Part shown: one piece after another, positions 27,979-36,330 of the stretch
Position numbering within the stretch: the stretch's first letter is position 1
Layout: the number at the start of each line of letters is the position of its first letter
Source of the DNA: Oscillospiraceae bacterium
GTDB taxonomy: Bacteria > Bacillota > Clostridia > Oscillospirales > CAG-272
Assembly (NCBI GenBank): GCA_015064745.1
Contig: SVRR01000002.1
Location: 2,417 to 66,416 of the forward strand
Length of the DNA stretch: 64,000 nt
Reading direction: 5' to 3'
Program-made: the position numbers and the translations under genes
The notes under the pieces: generated by a model
Seen by the model: only the letters and a program-made list of their open reading frames with translations
Told to the model about the DNA's origin: nothing
Database searches by the model: none

Positions 27979-30189
27979 TCAGCGTATGGCAGTGCGCATG
28001 GGGATGTAAGCTTTACCGACCTTGGAAAACACGATGCTTTGTTTGTCCGCAAAGGGAAACAGGGCAGGCGACGTGCACAAAACACGCGCATGCTGCCCGA
28101 TAAAGTCTTCGCGTCTAAAGCTGTATTTCGGTTGTGAGGGGTAAGCCCCGAAGATCAAAAGGTCCGCGGCGCGGGCATCATCGGCGAGAGAAAATCCGAG
28201 CGCGTTCGCGCTGAAATATCCAATACGCGAATATCCGAATAAAAACTCGGCAAAGACACTGTTGGGAGAGGAAGAGCCTCTCCCTTCGACAATGCTTGAA
28301 ACCGTCAAAAAACGGAAAAAGAAGGGTTTATCTTTTGCGAAAGCGACCGTTGGAACGTCTTCGTTTTTTGCTGTTTTGAGAATGTCCCGATATGCTTCCC
28401 ATTCATCCGAGGTTTTTGGAGTGGGAAGATATAGACGGTAGACCTTGTAGGTGCGTAAAAGCGCCTCAACGTAAAATTCCGTCCCCTCCGTATAGTAGGG
28501 CAAAAGAAAACCGTCAAGCTCGCCCGAGACCTCCGCGAGCGCCGAGCGCTCTGCGTTACTGAGCGCGGAAAAGTCGGAGAAGACGGACAAAAGGTCTTCT
28601 CCCTTGTAGCGAAAAAGGATGGCGTCACTCGCCGTATCCCTGTCGGCGTGATAGGTGATCGCCAGCTCGTTTCTGTGACTGAGATGCTGTGCTACCACCG
28701 TAATGCCCATAGTAAGCGCACCGGCAAGACAAACGGCAAGGGGGAAACGGAAGCGAAATCGCTTGCGCGGACAAAGGAGAAAATAGAAGAGAAGAATGGC
28801 GAACGCAAGGTGAACGAGGGGACGGACGGGCGAGTCGCCGAGCGACAGTACGGTGTTGGGGATGTTCGCAAGAAACGATGAAATTGTAAATATAGAATTA
28901 CATACAGCGGTAGTTACCCAAGATAAAACGGGTACGCCACCCAAAACGACAACAAAAAGAGACAGATAAAGTGCCAGCTGTACAAGTGGCGCAAGAATTA
29001 GGTTCGCAGGCATGGACAGTAAAGGAAGTGTGCCGAAAACACAAAGCGTAAGCGGAAGCGTTGCTACCGTTGCCGATAGGGTGACGGAAAGGGAAAGTGC
29101 AACGTAACCAAGAATGCGACGGAGGGGAGAAAGCACGCGCCTTTCTTTTCGTCTTTTGCGGTCGAAAAAGAGGATAATACCGAGTGTGGATAGGGCGGAA
29201 AGCCAAAGCGAGAGGTCACGCGCCGCGTAGGGCTCAAAAAGACAAATGACGGCGACTGCCGCCACAAGCGAGGAAAGTCCGTCTCGCTCCTCTCGAAAGA
29301 AAAACGGCAGCGAGGACAAAAGAAACATGAAGCCCGCGCGCATCACCGATGAAGAAAGACCCGTAACCAGCATAAACGCTATGACGAAAAGAGAGAGTAA
29401 AAGAGTACGCGCGTGTCGCCCAAAGCAAAGCCTTCTTAAAAGAAAGGAGAGCCCCGCTGTCAAAACGGCGAGATGCATGCCGCTGAGGGAGAGCATGTGT
29501 GTTGTGCCAATGCGTGTCATATCACGCGTAAAGGCGGAGGGAAGTCGGTCGCGGTTGCCGAGAAGCAGGGCGCTTAACAGCGCGCCCGTTTCCCCCGTGA
29601 TCGACGAGCATAGGCGCTCCGTTAAAAATGCGCGTAATTTACCAAGTGTATAGATGGGAGCCGAAAGTCGGTCAACGACTTTGCACTCTTCAAAATAAAC
29701 GTTGCCGTAAAAACCTTGTGTGGCGGCGTAGCTGTCTTCTTCCAAAGAGGAAAAGCGCGCCTCGCCAAACAGAACGTCACCCGCGTTGACGGGAGAGGGA
29801 GAGAGAATCTTTACCCGAAGGGTGAGATGCTTTTCTTCCAAAGGAAGCACCGCGCGCCCCTCTGCGCTGTATACGTCGCCTTGCATACCCGTAGATGCAA
29901 GAACGGTAACGGAAAGGGGAAGCGTCTCTTTGCTTTTAAGAGATAGAGCGCAAGCTCTGCGGTATGAGACCTGATAGGAGGATAAAAACGCCCCTGCCGT
30001 CAAAAGTGCGGCGAGAAAAAACAGAAAAGCTCTCCTTTTTCCAAAAGAAACAAAAAAGAGCAAAAGCGATAGCGAAAAAAAGACCCAAAAGAAAATTGCC
30101 TTTAAGGATTGCGTAAGAGCTTCGGCGACAAAAACAGAGAGGAGCGTGATGAGAGAAAGGATAAGAAGGCGTCGGTGCTTTAAAACCAT
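27979..30189 (-). CDS. comEC: ComEC/Rec2 competence channel protein with a degenerate C-terminal beta-lactamase-like domain
   Basis: OB/DUF4131-like N-terminus and competence domain (GTTHMLSLSGMHLAVL). Start at MVLKHRR behind AAAGGAG. No HxHxDH motif in the last about 240 aa. Confidence 0.85.
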   Translation of the reverse strand: MVLKHRRLLILSLITLLSVFVAEALTQSLKAIFFWVFFSLSLLLFFVSFGKRRAFLFFLAALLTAGAFLSSYQVSYRRACALSLKSKETLPLSVTVLASTGMQGDVYSAEGRAVLPLEEKHLTLRVKILSPSPVNAGDVLFGEARFSSLEEDSYAATQGFYGNVYFEECKVVDRLSAPIYTLGKLRAFLTERLCSSITGETGALLSALLLGNRDRLPSAFTRDMTRIGTTHMLSLSGMHLAVLTAGLSFLLRRLCFGRHARTLLLSLFVIAFMLVTGLSSSVMRAGFMFLLSSLPFFFREERDGLSSLVAAVAVICLFEPYAARDLSLWLSALSTLGIILFFDRKRRKERRVLSPLRRILGYVALSLSVTLSATVATLPLTLCVFGTLPLLSMPANLILAPLVQLALYLSLFVVVLGGVPVLSWVTTAVCNSIFTISSFLANIPNTVLSLGDSPVRPLVHLAFAILLFYFLLCPRKRFRFRFPLAVCLAGALTMGITVVAQHLSHRNELAITYHADRDTASDAILFRYKGEDLLSVFSDFSALSNAERSALAEVSGELDGFLLPYYTEGTEFYVEALLRTYKVYRLYLPTPKTSDEWEAYRDILKTAKNEDVPTVAFAKDKPFFFRFLTVSSIVEGRGSSSPNSVFAEFLFGYSRIGYFSANALGFSLADDARAADLLIFGAYPSQPKYSFRREDFIGQHARVLCTSPALFPFADKQSIVFSKVGKAYIPMRTAIR

Positions 30190-30355
30190 GATGCTTGCTC
30201 CTTTTTCGGTGCGTTCGTCGGCTGAAGCCTCTGTATGTAAACAACATAACACAAAAACGCGTTTTCGTCAAGTGTTTTTGCGGCGTTTCATGTATGGCGT
30301 CCCCAAAATTGTAAAGGAAAAAGCCGGTTTAAGCCGCCTTTTTTCGGCAAAAAAC

Positions 30356-30384
30356 TTGATTTTTCCATTATACTGTGCTACAAT
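30356..30384 (+). promoter_or_regulatory. Predicted promoter of the metF operon
   Basis: TTGATT, 17-nt spacer, TGcTACAAT. Only about 25 nt remain before the SD. Confidence 0.55.
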
Positions 30385-30412
30385 GAAGAAGAATTCATAG
30401 GAGGTGTGCGCC

Positions 30413-31288
30413 ATGAAACTGTCCGAATTTTTGGGAAGAGAAGCTCTTTCCCTTTCCTTTGAGGTGTTTCCGCCCAAGACTGACTCCGCCTTTGAGAGCG
30501 TGAAGGCGGCAACCGAGGAGATCGCAAAGCTTCGTCCGGCCTTTATGAGCGTTACCTATGGCGCGGGCGGCGGAACCAGCCGCTATACGCTTGATATTGC
30601 GAAAAATATCAAGCAGACGTACGGCGTCCCCACGCTTGCCCATCTCACCTGCGTTTCCTCTACCCGTGAAACGGTGGCAGCAAAAATTGCGGAGATGCGT
30701 GAAGCGGGGATCGAGAACGTTATGGCGCTGAGGGGGGATCTGACCCCCGAACTGGAAAAGGGCGACAGATCAACGTGGGCGTATCGGTATGCTGTGGATC
30801 TCGTGCGTGAGCTTCGCGCGTCGGGCGCGGATTTTTGTATCGGCGGGGCATGCTACCCCGAGGTGCATCCCGAAAGCCATAACCAAAAGGAAGATATCCT
30901 GCGTTTAAAGGAAAAGGTGGAGGCAGGCTGCTCCTTCCTTACCACGCAGATGTTTTTTGATAACAACCTCTTTTACAATTTTCTTTATAAAATTCGAGAG
31001 GCGGGCATCACTGTACCCGTCATTCCCGGCATCATGCCCATCACGAACGGGAAGCAGGTGGAGCGCGCCGTGAGACTTTCGGGCTCTCTCATGCCCCAGC
31101 GCTTTAAGGCTCTTGTGGATAAATTCGGAGAAAATCCTGCCGCCATGAAGCAGGCGGGCATCGCCTACGCTACGGACCAGATCATCGATCTTTATGCCAA
31201 CGGCATCGGCAACGTACACGTGTATTCCATGAACAACCCCGACGTTGCCGCCGCTATCATGGCAAATCTCTCGGATATTCTCGGATGA
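30413..31288 (+). CDS. metF: 5,10-methylenetetrahydrofolate reductase
   Basis: LSFEVFPPKT...MSVTYGAGGGT...HLTC. ATG behind AGGAGG; the track starts 3 codons earlier at GTG. Confidence 0.92.
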   Translation: MKLSEFLGREALSLSFEVFPPKTDSAFESVKAATEEIAKLRPAFMSVTYGAGGGTSRYTLDIAKNIKQTYGVPTLAHLTCVSSTRETVAAKIAEMREAGIENVMALRGDLTPELEKGDRSTWAYRYAVDLVRELRASGADFCIGGACYPEVHPESHNQKEDILRLKEKVEAGCSFLTTQMFFDNNLFYNFLYKIREAGITVPVIPGIMPITNGKQVERAVRLSGSLMPQRFKALVDKFGENPAAMKQAGIAYATDQIIDLYANGIGNVHVYSMNNPDVAAAIMANLSDILG

Positions 31289-31899
31289 CGGGAGAGGTGC
31301 GCACGGCGGTTTGCGACGCGCCGCCCGTAAACAAAAAAGAGATTTTGCGCTATGCACGCGCGAAAGAAGCGAGCGATGCGGTTCTTGCCCTTTTGGACGA
31401 ATGTATTTCCTTGGCGCAAGACGGTCTTTCTTATCGTGTTGCCTACGCCGTCTATCCCATAGCGCGGTCGGAGGAAGGGATATCTATCGGCTTTTTGAAA
31501 ACCTCCTCGCAGGACCTCGCGAAAAATCTCACGGGCTGTCATGCCGCCGTCGCCTTTTGTGCGACGGTGGGGCACACCTTAGATCGCCTCGTTCGAAGGG
31601 AAAGCGTCACGTCTCCCGCGAGGGCGCTCTTGCTTGACGCCTACGGCACGGAGCGTGTCGAAGCGCTGGCGGATGCCTTTTGCGGGACACTCGCCGAGGA
31701 ATACGCGCGAGACGGCTGTGTTCTCCGACCTCGCTTCAGCCCCGGCTACGGCGACCTTCCTTTATCCCTTCAAAAGGAAATATTTTCGGCACTTAACCTC
31801 CCCGAAAGGCTCGGCGTCACGCTTAACGAGAGTCTTTTGATGACACCTAAAAAATCGGTTACGGCGTTCGTTGGCATCGCCGCAAAGGAGCAGGTATGA
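31285..31899 (+). CDS. Stand-alone methionine synthase reactivation (AdoMet-binding) domain protein
   Basis: 204 aa. RFSPGYGDLPLSLQKEIFSALN...LNESLLMTPKKSVTAFVG resembles the MetH C-terminal activation module. ATGA overlaps at both ends. Confidence 0.75.
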   Translation: MTGEVRTAVCDAPPVNKKEILRYARAKEASDAVLALLDECISLAQDGLSYRVAYAVYPIARSEEGISIGFLKTSSQDLAKNLTGCHAAVAFCATVGHTLDRLVRRESVTSPARALLLDAYGTERVEALADAFCGTLAEEYARDGCVLRPRFSPGYGDLPLSLQKEIFSALNLPERLGVTLNESLLMTPKKSVTAFVGIAAKEQV

Positions 31900-34268
31900 A
31901 AATCACCGAGTTTATCAAAGAAAATACCATCTTCCTTGACGGTGGCATGGGCACGCTTCTCCAAAAAGAAGGTCTTTTGCCGGGCGAGCTTCCCGAACGG
32001 TGGAATGTTTCCCATCCCGACGTTATTCGCGCCGTTCACCTCGCGTATTTCAAGGCAGGCAGCCACGTCGTTGCCACCAATACCTTTGGCGCGAACGTTT
32101 TAAAGTATTCCCCCGACGAGCTTGACGCTGTTATCGAAGCTGCCGTCGCAAACGCAAGATGGGCACAAAGAGAAGCAAAAACGGCGCACCCGACGTGGGT
32201 CGCGCTTGATATCGGGCCTACGGGCAGAATGCTCGCGCCCTACGGTGACCTTGGCTTCGAGGATGCCGTCGCCATTTTTGCCGAAACGGTAAGGCTTGGT
32301 GTGAAGCACGGCGTGGATCTTATTCTGATCGAGACCATGGCGGACACCTATGAAACCAAGGCGGCGCTTCTTGCCGCCAAGGAGAACAGCACGCTCCCCG
32401 TTTTCGTTTCCTGCGCCTTCGGCGCGGACGGAAAGCTTCTGACCGGGGCAGATGCCCCCGCCGTCGTCGCTATGTTAGAGGGACTTGGCGCGGACGCTGT
32501 CGGCGCAAACTGCTCGGAGGGGCCCGCGGCACTCTCGCACGTCATAGAAAGCTTCCTTGCGAACGCCTCCGTCCCCGTGCTTTTTAAGCCAAACGCGGGA
32601 CTTCCCAAAAGTGAAAACGGACGCACCATTTATAACGTTGCTCCCGAAGAATTTGCCGATGCCGTTTTCTCCCTTGTTGAAAAAGGCGTGCGCGCGGTAG
32701 GCGGATGCTGCGGTACGACGCCCGAATACATTGAGGCGCTTGTGCGCAAGGCGAAGGGGATCACGCCTCTCCCCTTGACAGAAAAAAACGAAACCGTCGT
32801 TTCCTCTTATACCCACGCCGTTACCTTTGGCGACGCGCCCGTGCTGATCGGCGAGCGCATCAATCCTACGGGAAAGCCACGCTTCAAGGAGGCGCTTCGC
32901 GCCCACGACATGGACTATATTCTGCGCGAGGGACTTGCCGAGGAGGAAAAGGGCGTACATATTTTGGACGTCAATGTGGGTCTGCCCGAAATTGACGAGC
33001 GTGAAATGCTTTCCTCTGCCGTGCTTGCCTTGCAGGCGGTAACGGCACTCCCGTTGCAGATCGATACGGCAGATGCCGATGCCATGGAAGCGGCGCTCCG
33101 TCTTTATAACGGAAAGCCGATGATAAACTCGGTAAACGGCAAAAAGGAAAGCATGGATGCCGTTCTTCCGCTTGCGAAAAAGTATGGTGGCGTTGTCGTT
33201 GCCCTGACGCTTGACGAAGCGGGGATCCCCGAAAAAGCGGAAGCGCGTGTGGCTATCGCGCGCCGTATTCTGGAAGAAGGAAGAAAGTACGGGCTTCGCG
33301 AAAAGGATTTCGTTTTTGACCCCTTGGCGCTCACCGTCAGTGCCGATTCCCACGCGGCAAAGGAAACGCTTCGCGCCGTGGAAATGATTCGCCGTGAGCT
33401 TGGATGCCACGTGTCGCTCGGCGTGTCAAATGTCTCCTTTGGGCTTCCTTCCCGCGACCTCATCAACGGAACCTTTTTTGCCATGGCACTAACGCGAGGT
33501 CTTTCTGCCGCTATTATGAATCCCCATTCGTCGGAAATGATGAAGACCTATTATACCTACCGCACGCTCGAGGGGCTTGACGAAAACTGCGCCGATTATA
33601 TTGCCTTTGCGGAAGCTGCCTCTAACGTCGCACCGCAAGCGCAGGCGTCCGCCGATGTAATGGATTTAAGGTGCGCCATCGTCCGAGGACTCAAAGACGT
33701 TGCCGCAGCCCTGACGCAGTCGCGACTTGCATCGGGGGAAGCTCCTCTTTCTCTCGTGGAAAACGAGATCATTCCCGCCCTCAATACGGTGGGCGAGGGC
33801 TTTGAAAACAAGACCGTCTATCTCCCCGGGCTTTTGATCGCCGCTGAAGCGGCAAAGCGTGCCTTTGACGAGATCAAAAAAGCCATGCCCGAGGGGAAAC
33901 CCACGAGAAGCACCGTCGTTCTTGCTACCGTCAAGGGCGACATTCACGATATCGGTAAAAATATCGTCAAGCTCTTGCTTGAAAATTACGGCTTTGCCGT
34001 TCTTGACCTTGGCCGCGACGTTTTGCCCGACGCGGTCGTGGACGCGGTAAAGCGGACGCACGCCCCCCTCGTCGGACTCAGCGCCTTAATGACGACCACC
34101 GTTCCCGCCATGGAGGATACCATCCGCCTTTTGCGCGCCGAATGTCCTCACGTGCGTGTGATGGTAGGCGGTGCTGTCTTAACGCGGGAATACGCGGATG
34201 CCATCGGTGCCGACTTTTACGCACCCGACGCGATGGCAGGCGTCCGTTATGCGGAATCTTTGAATTAA
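31896..34268 (+). CDS. metH: Cobalamin-dependent methionine synthase lacking the activation domain
   Basis: 790 aa with Hcy-binding (GGMGT...GGCCGTTP), pterin-binding and B12-binding GDIHDIGKN modules. It ends after the Rossmann B12 domain. Confidence 0.93.
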   Translation: MKITEFIKENTIFLDGGMGTLLQKEGLLPGELPERWNVSHPDVIRAVHLAYFKAGSHVVATNTFGANVLKYSPDELDAVIEAAVANARWAQREAKTAHPTWVALDIGPTGRMLAPYGDLGFEDAVAIFAETVRLGVKHGVDLILIETMADTYETKAALLAAKENSTLPVFVSCAFGADGKLLTGADAPAVVAMLEGLGADAVGANCSEGPAALSHVIESFLANASVPVLFKPNAGLPKSENGRTIYNVAPEEFADAVFSLVEKGVRAVGGCCGTTPEYIEALVRKAKGITPLPLTEKNETVVSSYTHAVTFGDAPVLIGERINPTGKPRFKEALRAHDMDYILREGLAEEEKGVHILDVNVGLPEIDEREMLSSAVLALQAVTALPLQIDTADADAMEAALRLYNGKPMINSVNGKKESMDAVLPLAKKYGGVVVALTLDEAGIPEKAEARVAIARRILEEGRKYGLREKDFVFDPLALTVSADSHAAKETLRAVEMIRRELGCHVSLGVSNVSFGLPSRDLINGTFFAMALTRGLSAAIMNPHSSEMMKTYYTYRTLEGLDENCADYIAFAEAASNVAPQAQASADVMDLRCAIVRGLKDVAAALTQSRLASGEAPLSLVENEIIPALNTVGEGFENKTVYLPGLLIAAEAAKRAFDEIKKAMPEGKPTRSTVVLATVKGDIHDIGKNIVKLLLENYGFAVLDLGRDVLPDAVVDAVKRTHAPLVGLSALMTTTVPAMEDTIRLLRAECPHVRVMVGGAVLTREYADAIGADFYAPDAMAGVRYAESLN

Positions 34269-34292
34269 AGCATATTAAAAGGAGAAACGTCT

Positions 34293-35419
34293 ATGGATAT
34301 GCAACAGTATTTAAAGGACCTTGAGTACCTCGTCAATATCGACAGCGGCACGAAGGACGGTCTGCGGGGTTAAGTCAGATCGCCGACTTCTTTAAGGAGC
34401 GTTTTGAAGGTCTTGGCTGGCAAACGGAAAAGCACGACCTCTCCCCCAATGCAGGTCCTTGTCTCATCTGCACCAACCGCAAGGCAGAGAAGTACGACCT
34501 TCTTATGATCGGTCACATCGACACGGTGTTCCCGTTGGGAACTGCCGCCGAGCGTCCCTTCCGCTACGACGATACCTACGCCTACGGTCCGGGCTCTTCC
34601 GATATAAAGGACGGCTCGCTTCTTATGTATTACATCATCAAGGAGCTTCCCGCCGAGCTGAACGAAAAGCTGAACATCGTCGTCGTCTTTAACCCCGGCG
34701 AGGAAATAGGAAGCATTTATTCCCGTTACGTTTACGCCGATTATGCCAAGCGGACGCGCTACGCCTTCGTCTATGAGGGAGCGTCTGCCGCCGGAGCTTC
34801 GTGTGCCGAACGCAAGGGCGGTATTGTGTACACCGTCCGCTTTAAGGGCGTTGCGGGACATTGCGGATACGTCTTTACCAACGGCGCAAAGAGCGCCGTG
34901 CACGAGATGGGCAGATGGATCGTCGCGCTCTCGGATATGCAGGATGAGGAAAAGGGTACAAGCGTCAATATCGGTACAGCCCACGGCGGTATCGGCAAAA
35001 ACACCGTCGCACCCGACGCCGTAATGGAGGTGGACATCCGCATCAAGGATAACAGTGAACCCGATCGCTTTTACGCCGCCATCGCCCACTTCACCGAGGA
35101 AGCCAAGAGCCGCGGCATCGGCATTGAGGTCGAGCGCCGCTTCAAGCCCGCGCTCGTGTATACCGACGAGGTCCGTGCCTACGTCGAGCACGTAGAGGAA
35201 ATCACGAAGGCGGCAGGCATTCCTTTTAGCTACGCACCGCGCGGCGGCCTTTCCGATGCCAATATCCTTGCCTCCTACGGCTGTATCTGTCTTGACGGTC
35301 TGGGTCCCACCACGGGCGGCGGAGGACATTCGCCGAACGAGAAAACGCAATACAAAACGGCAGAACATTTCAAAAACCTTTCGCTCTTCCTCATGAAGGA
35401 TATTGCGGACAATAAATAA
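34293..35419 (+). pseudogene. M20-family metallopeptidase (carboxypeptidase G2-like), frameshifted at a G4 run (or an assembly error)
   Basis: SD AAAGGAG plus ATG 34293 gives MDMQQYLKDLEYLVNIDSGTKDGLRG*. One extra G at 34366-34369 would restore ...GLRGLSQIADFFKERFEGLGWQ...LLMIGHIDTVFP, joining the track ORF 34505-35419. Confidence 0.8.
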
Positions 35420-35435
35420 ATGAAGGAGTAAAACA

Positions 35436-35885
35436 ATGATCGTAGGAAACATCAAGGACAGACGTATTTACGAAACCGCGCACCCCCTCTTTTCCCAAGC
35501 GTTCGATTTCATCAAAAAGCATCTTGAAGAGCCGAAGCCTGTTGGCAAGTATGAGATCTTGGGCGACACCCTCTTTGCTATGGTACAAGAGTACGACAGC
35601 AAGACTGTCGCCAAGATGGAGGTGCACGACAAGTACATCGACCTTCAGTTCATCGTTTCGGGAGAAGAGAAGATGCTTTGGGCGCCGCGTGAGGAGCTTG
35701 CCATCGTGACCCCCTTCCCCGAAAACAAGGACACCGAAATTTTGGAAGAGGGCGACCGTCCCTCGACCCTCATTCTCCGCGCGGGCGAGTTTGCCATCTT
35801 CTATCCCACCGATGCTCACAAGCCGGGACTTGCCGTAGATACGCCCGCACCCGTGCAAAAAATCGTTGTTAAGATCAAGGTGTAA
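35436..35885 (+). CDS. YhcH/YjgK/YiaL (EbgC/NanQ-like, DUF386) family protein
   Basis: 149 aa with HDKYIDLQFIVSGEE...FAIFYPTDAHKPG. Confidence 0.85.
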   Translation: MIVGNIKDRRIYETAHPLFSQAFDFIKKHLEEPKPVGKYEILGDTLFAMVQEYDSKTVAKMEVHDKYIDLQFIVSGEEKMLWAPREELAIVTPFPENKDTEILEEGDRPSTLILRAGEFAIFYPTDAHKPGLAVDTPAPVQKIVVKIKV

Positions 35886-35892
35886 GCCAAAC

Positions 35893-35920
35893 AAAAAAGG
35901 AGCCGACGGCTCCTTTTTTG
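35893..35920 (+). terminator. yhcH terminator
   Basis: A6 + GGAGCC-GAC-GGCTCC + T6. Confidence 0.75.
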
Positions 35921-35931
35921 TTTTTCCTCTT
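35913..35931. repeat. T-rich direct repeat, left copy (CTTTTTTGTTTTTCCTCTT)
   Basis: Matches 39824-39841 except for one extra T. Low-complexity, so significance is uncertain. Confidence 0.35.
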
Positions 35932-35967
35932 GCTTTTTTTCTGTCCTCGCAAAGCTTGAAGAAATTC

Positions 35968-36330
35968 TCAAACAGTCTTTTTTCTATGGGGTCGTTTCGT
36001 GGTGCTGGGGGTAACAACACCGCACTCAATGGCATTCAGCATGTTTTCAATGGCGGTATCAACCTGCTTTTTCTCACGAAGAAGCACCTTAAGAAGTGAG
36101 TTTTGCGTTATACTGCGCTCTTGTTCCGCTAAAATGCCTGATACTATGCTTTCAATCATTTCGGGTTTCTTAAGCTCATTCATAATCGTAGTAAGAACGT
36201 AATTTTCAAGCGTTTCTTTTTGCATCATGGATTTTTTACAGCCGTTATTTCTTTTTCTTCCAAAGCACTTGTAATAACGCTTTACTTTGCCAGGGTGGTT
36301 GATTCCTATTTTGGCAACGAAGACAACGTG
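35968..36330 (-). pseudogene. C-terminal fragment of a large serine recombinase
   Basis: ...GKVKRYYKCFGRKRNNGCKKSMMQKETLENYVLTTIMNELKK...KKQVDTAIENMLNAIE is a zinc-ribbon plus coiled-coil tail. No resolvase catalytic domain. The rest of track ORF 35968-37509 is antisense shadow of the big + strand ORF. Confidence 0.7.

Noticed and set aside
30253-30412. S-box/SAM riboswitch upstream of metF-metH.
   Set aside because: The predicted promoter (-10 at 30379-30384) leaves only about 25 nt before the SD, which is too short for any riboswitch. The sequence upstream of the promoter shows no S-box helices that I could see.
34370-35455. Long antisense ORFs opposite well-supported genes. Others include 19522-20562, 32475-33410, 48599-49402, 56991-57893, 58699-59445, 12281-12793, 14420-15559 and 24719-25516.
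   Set aside because: Each overlaps a gene with clear family motifs on the other strand. They have no SDs, and their composition is typical of shadow frames in GC3-rich coding DNA.
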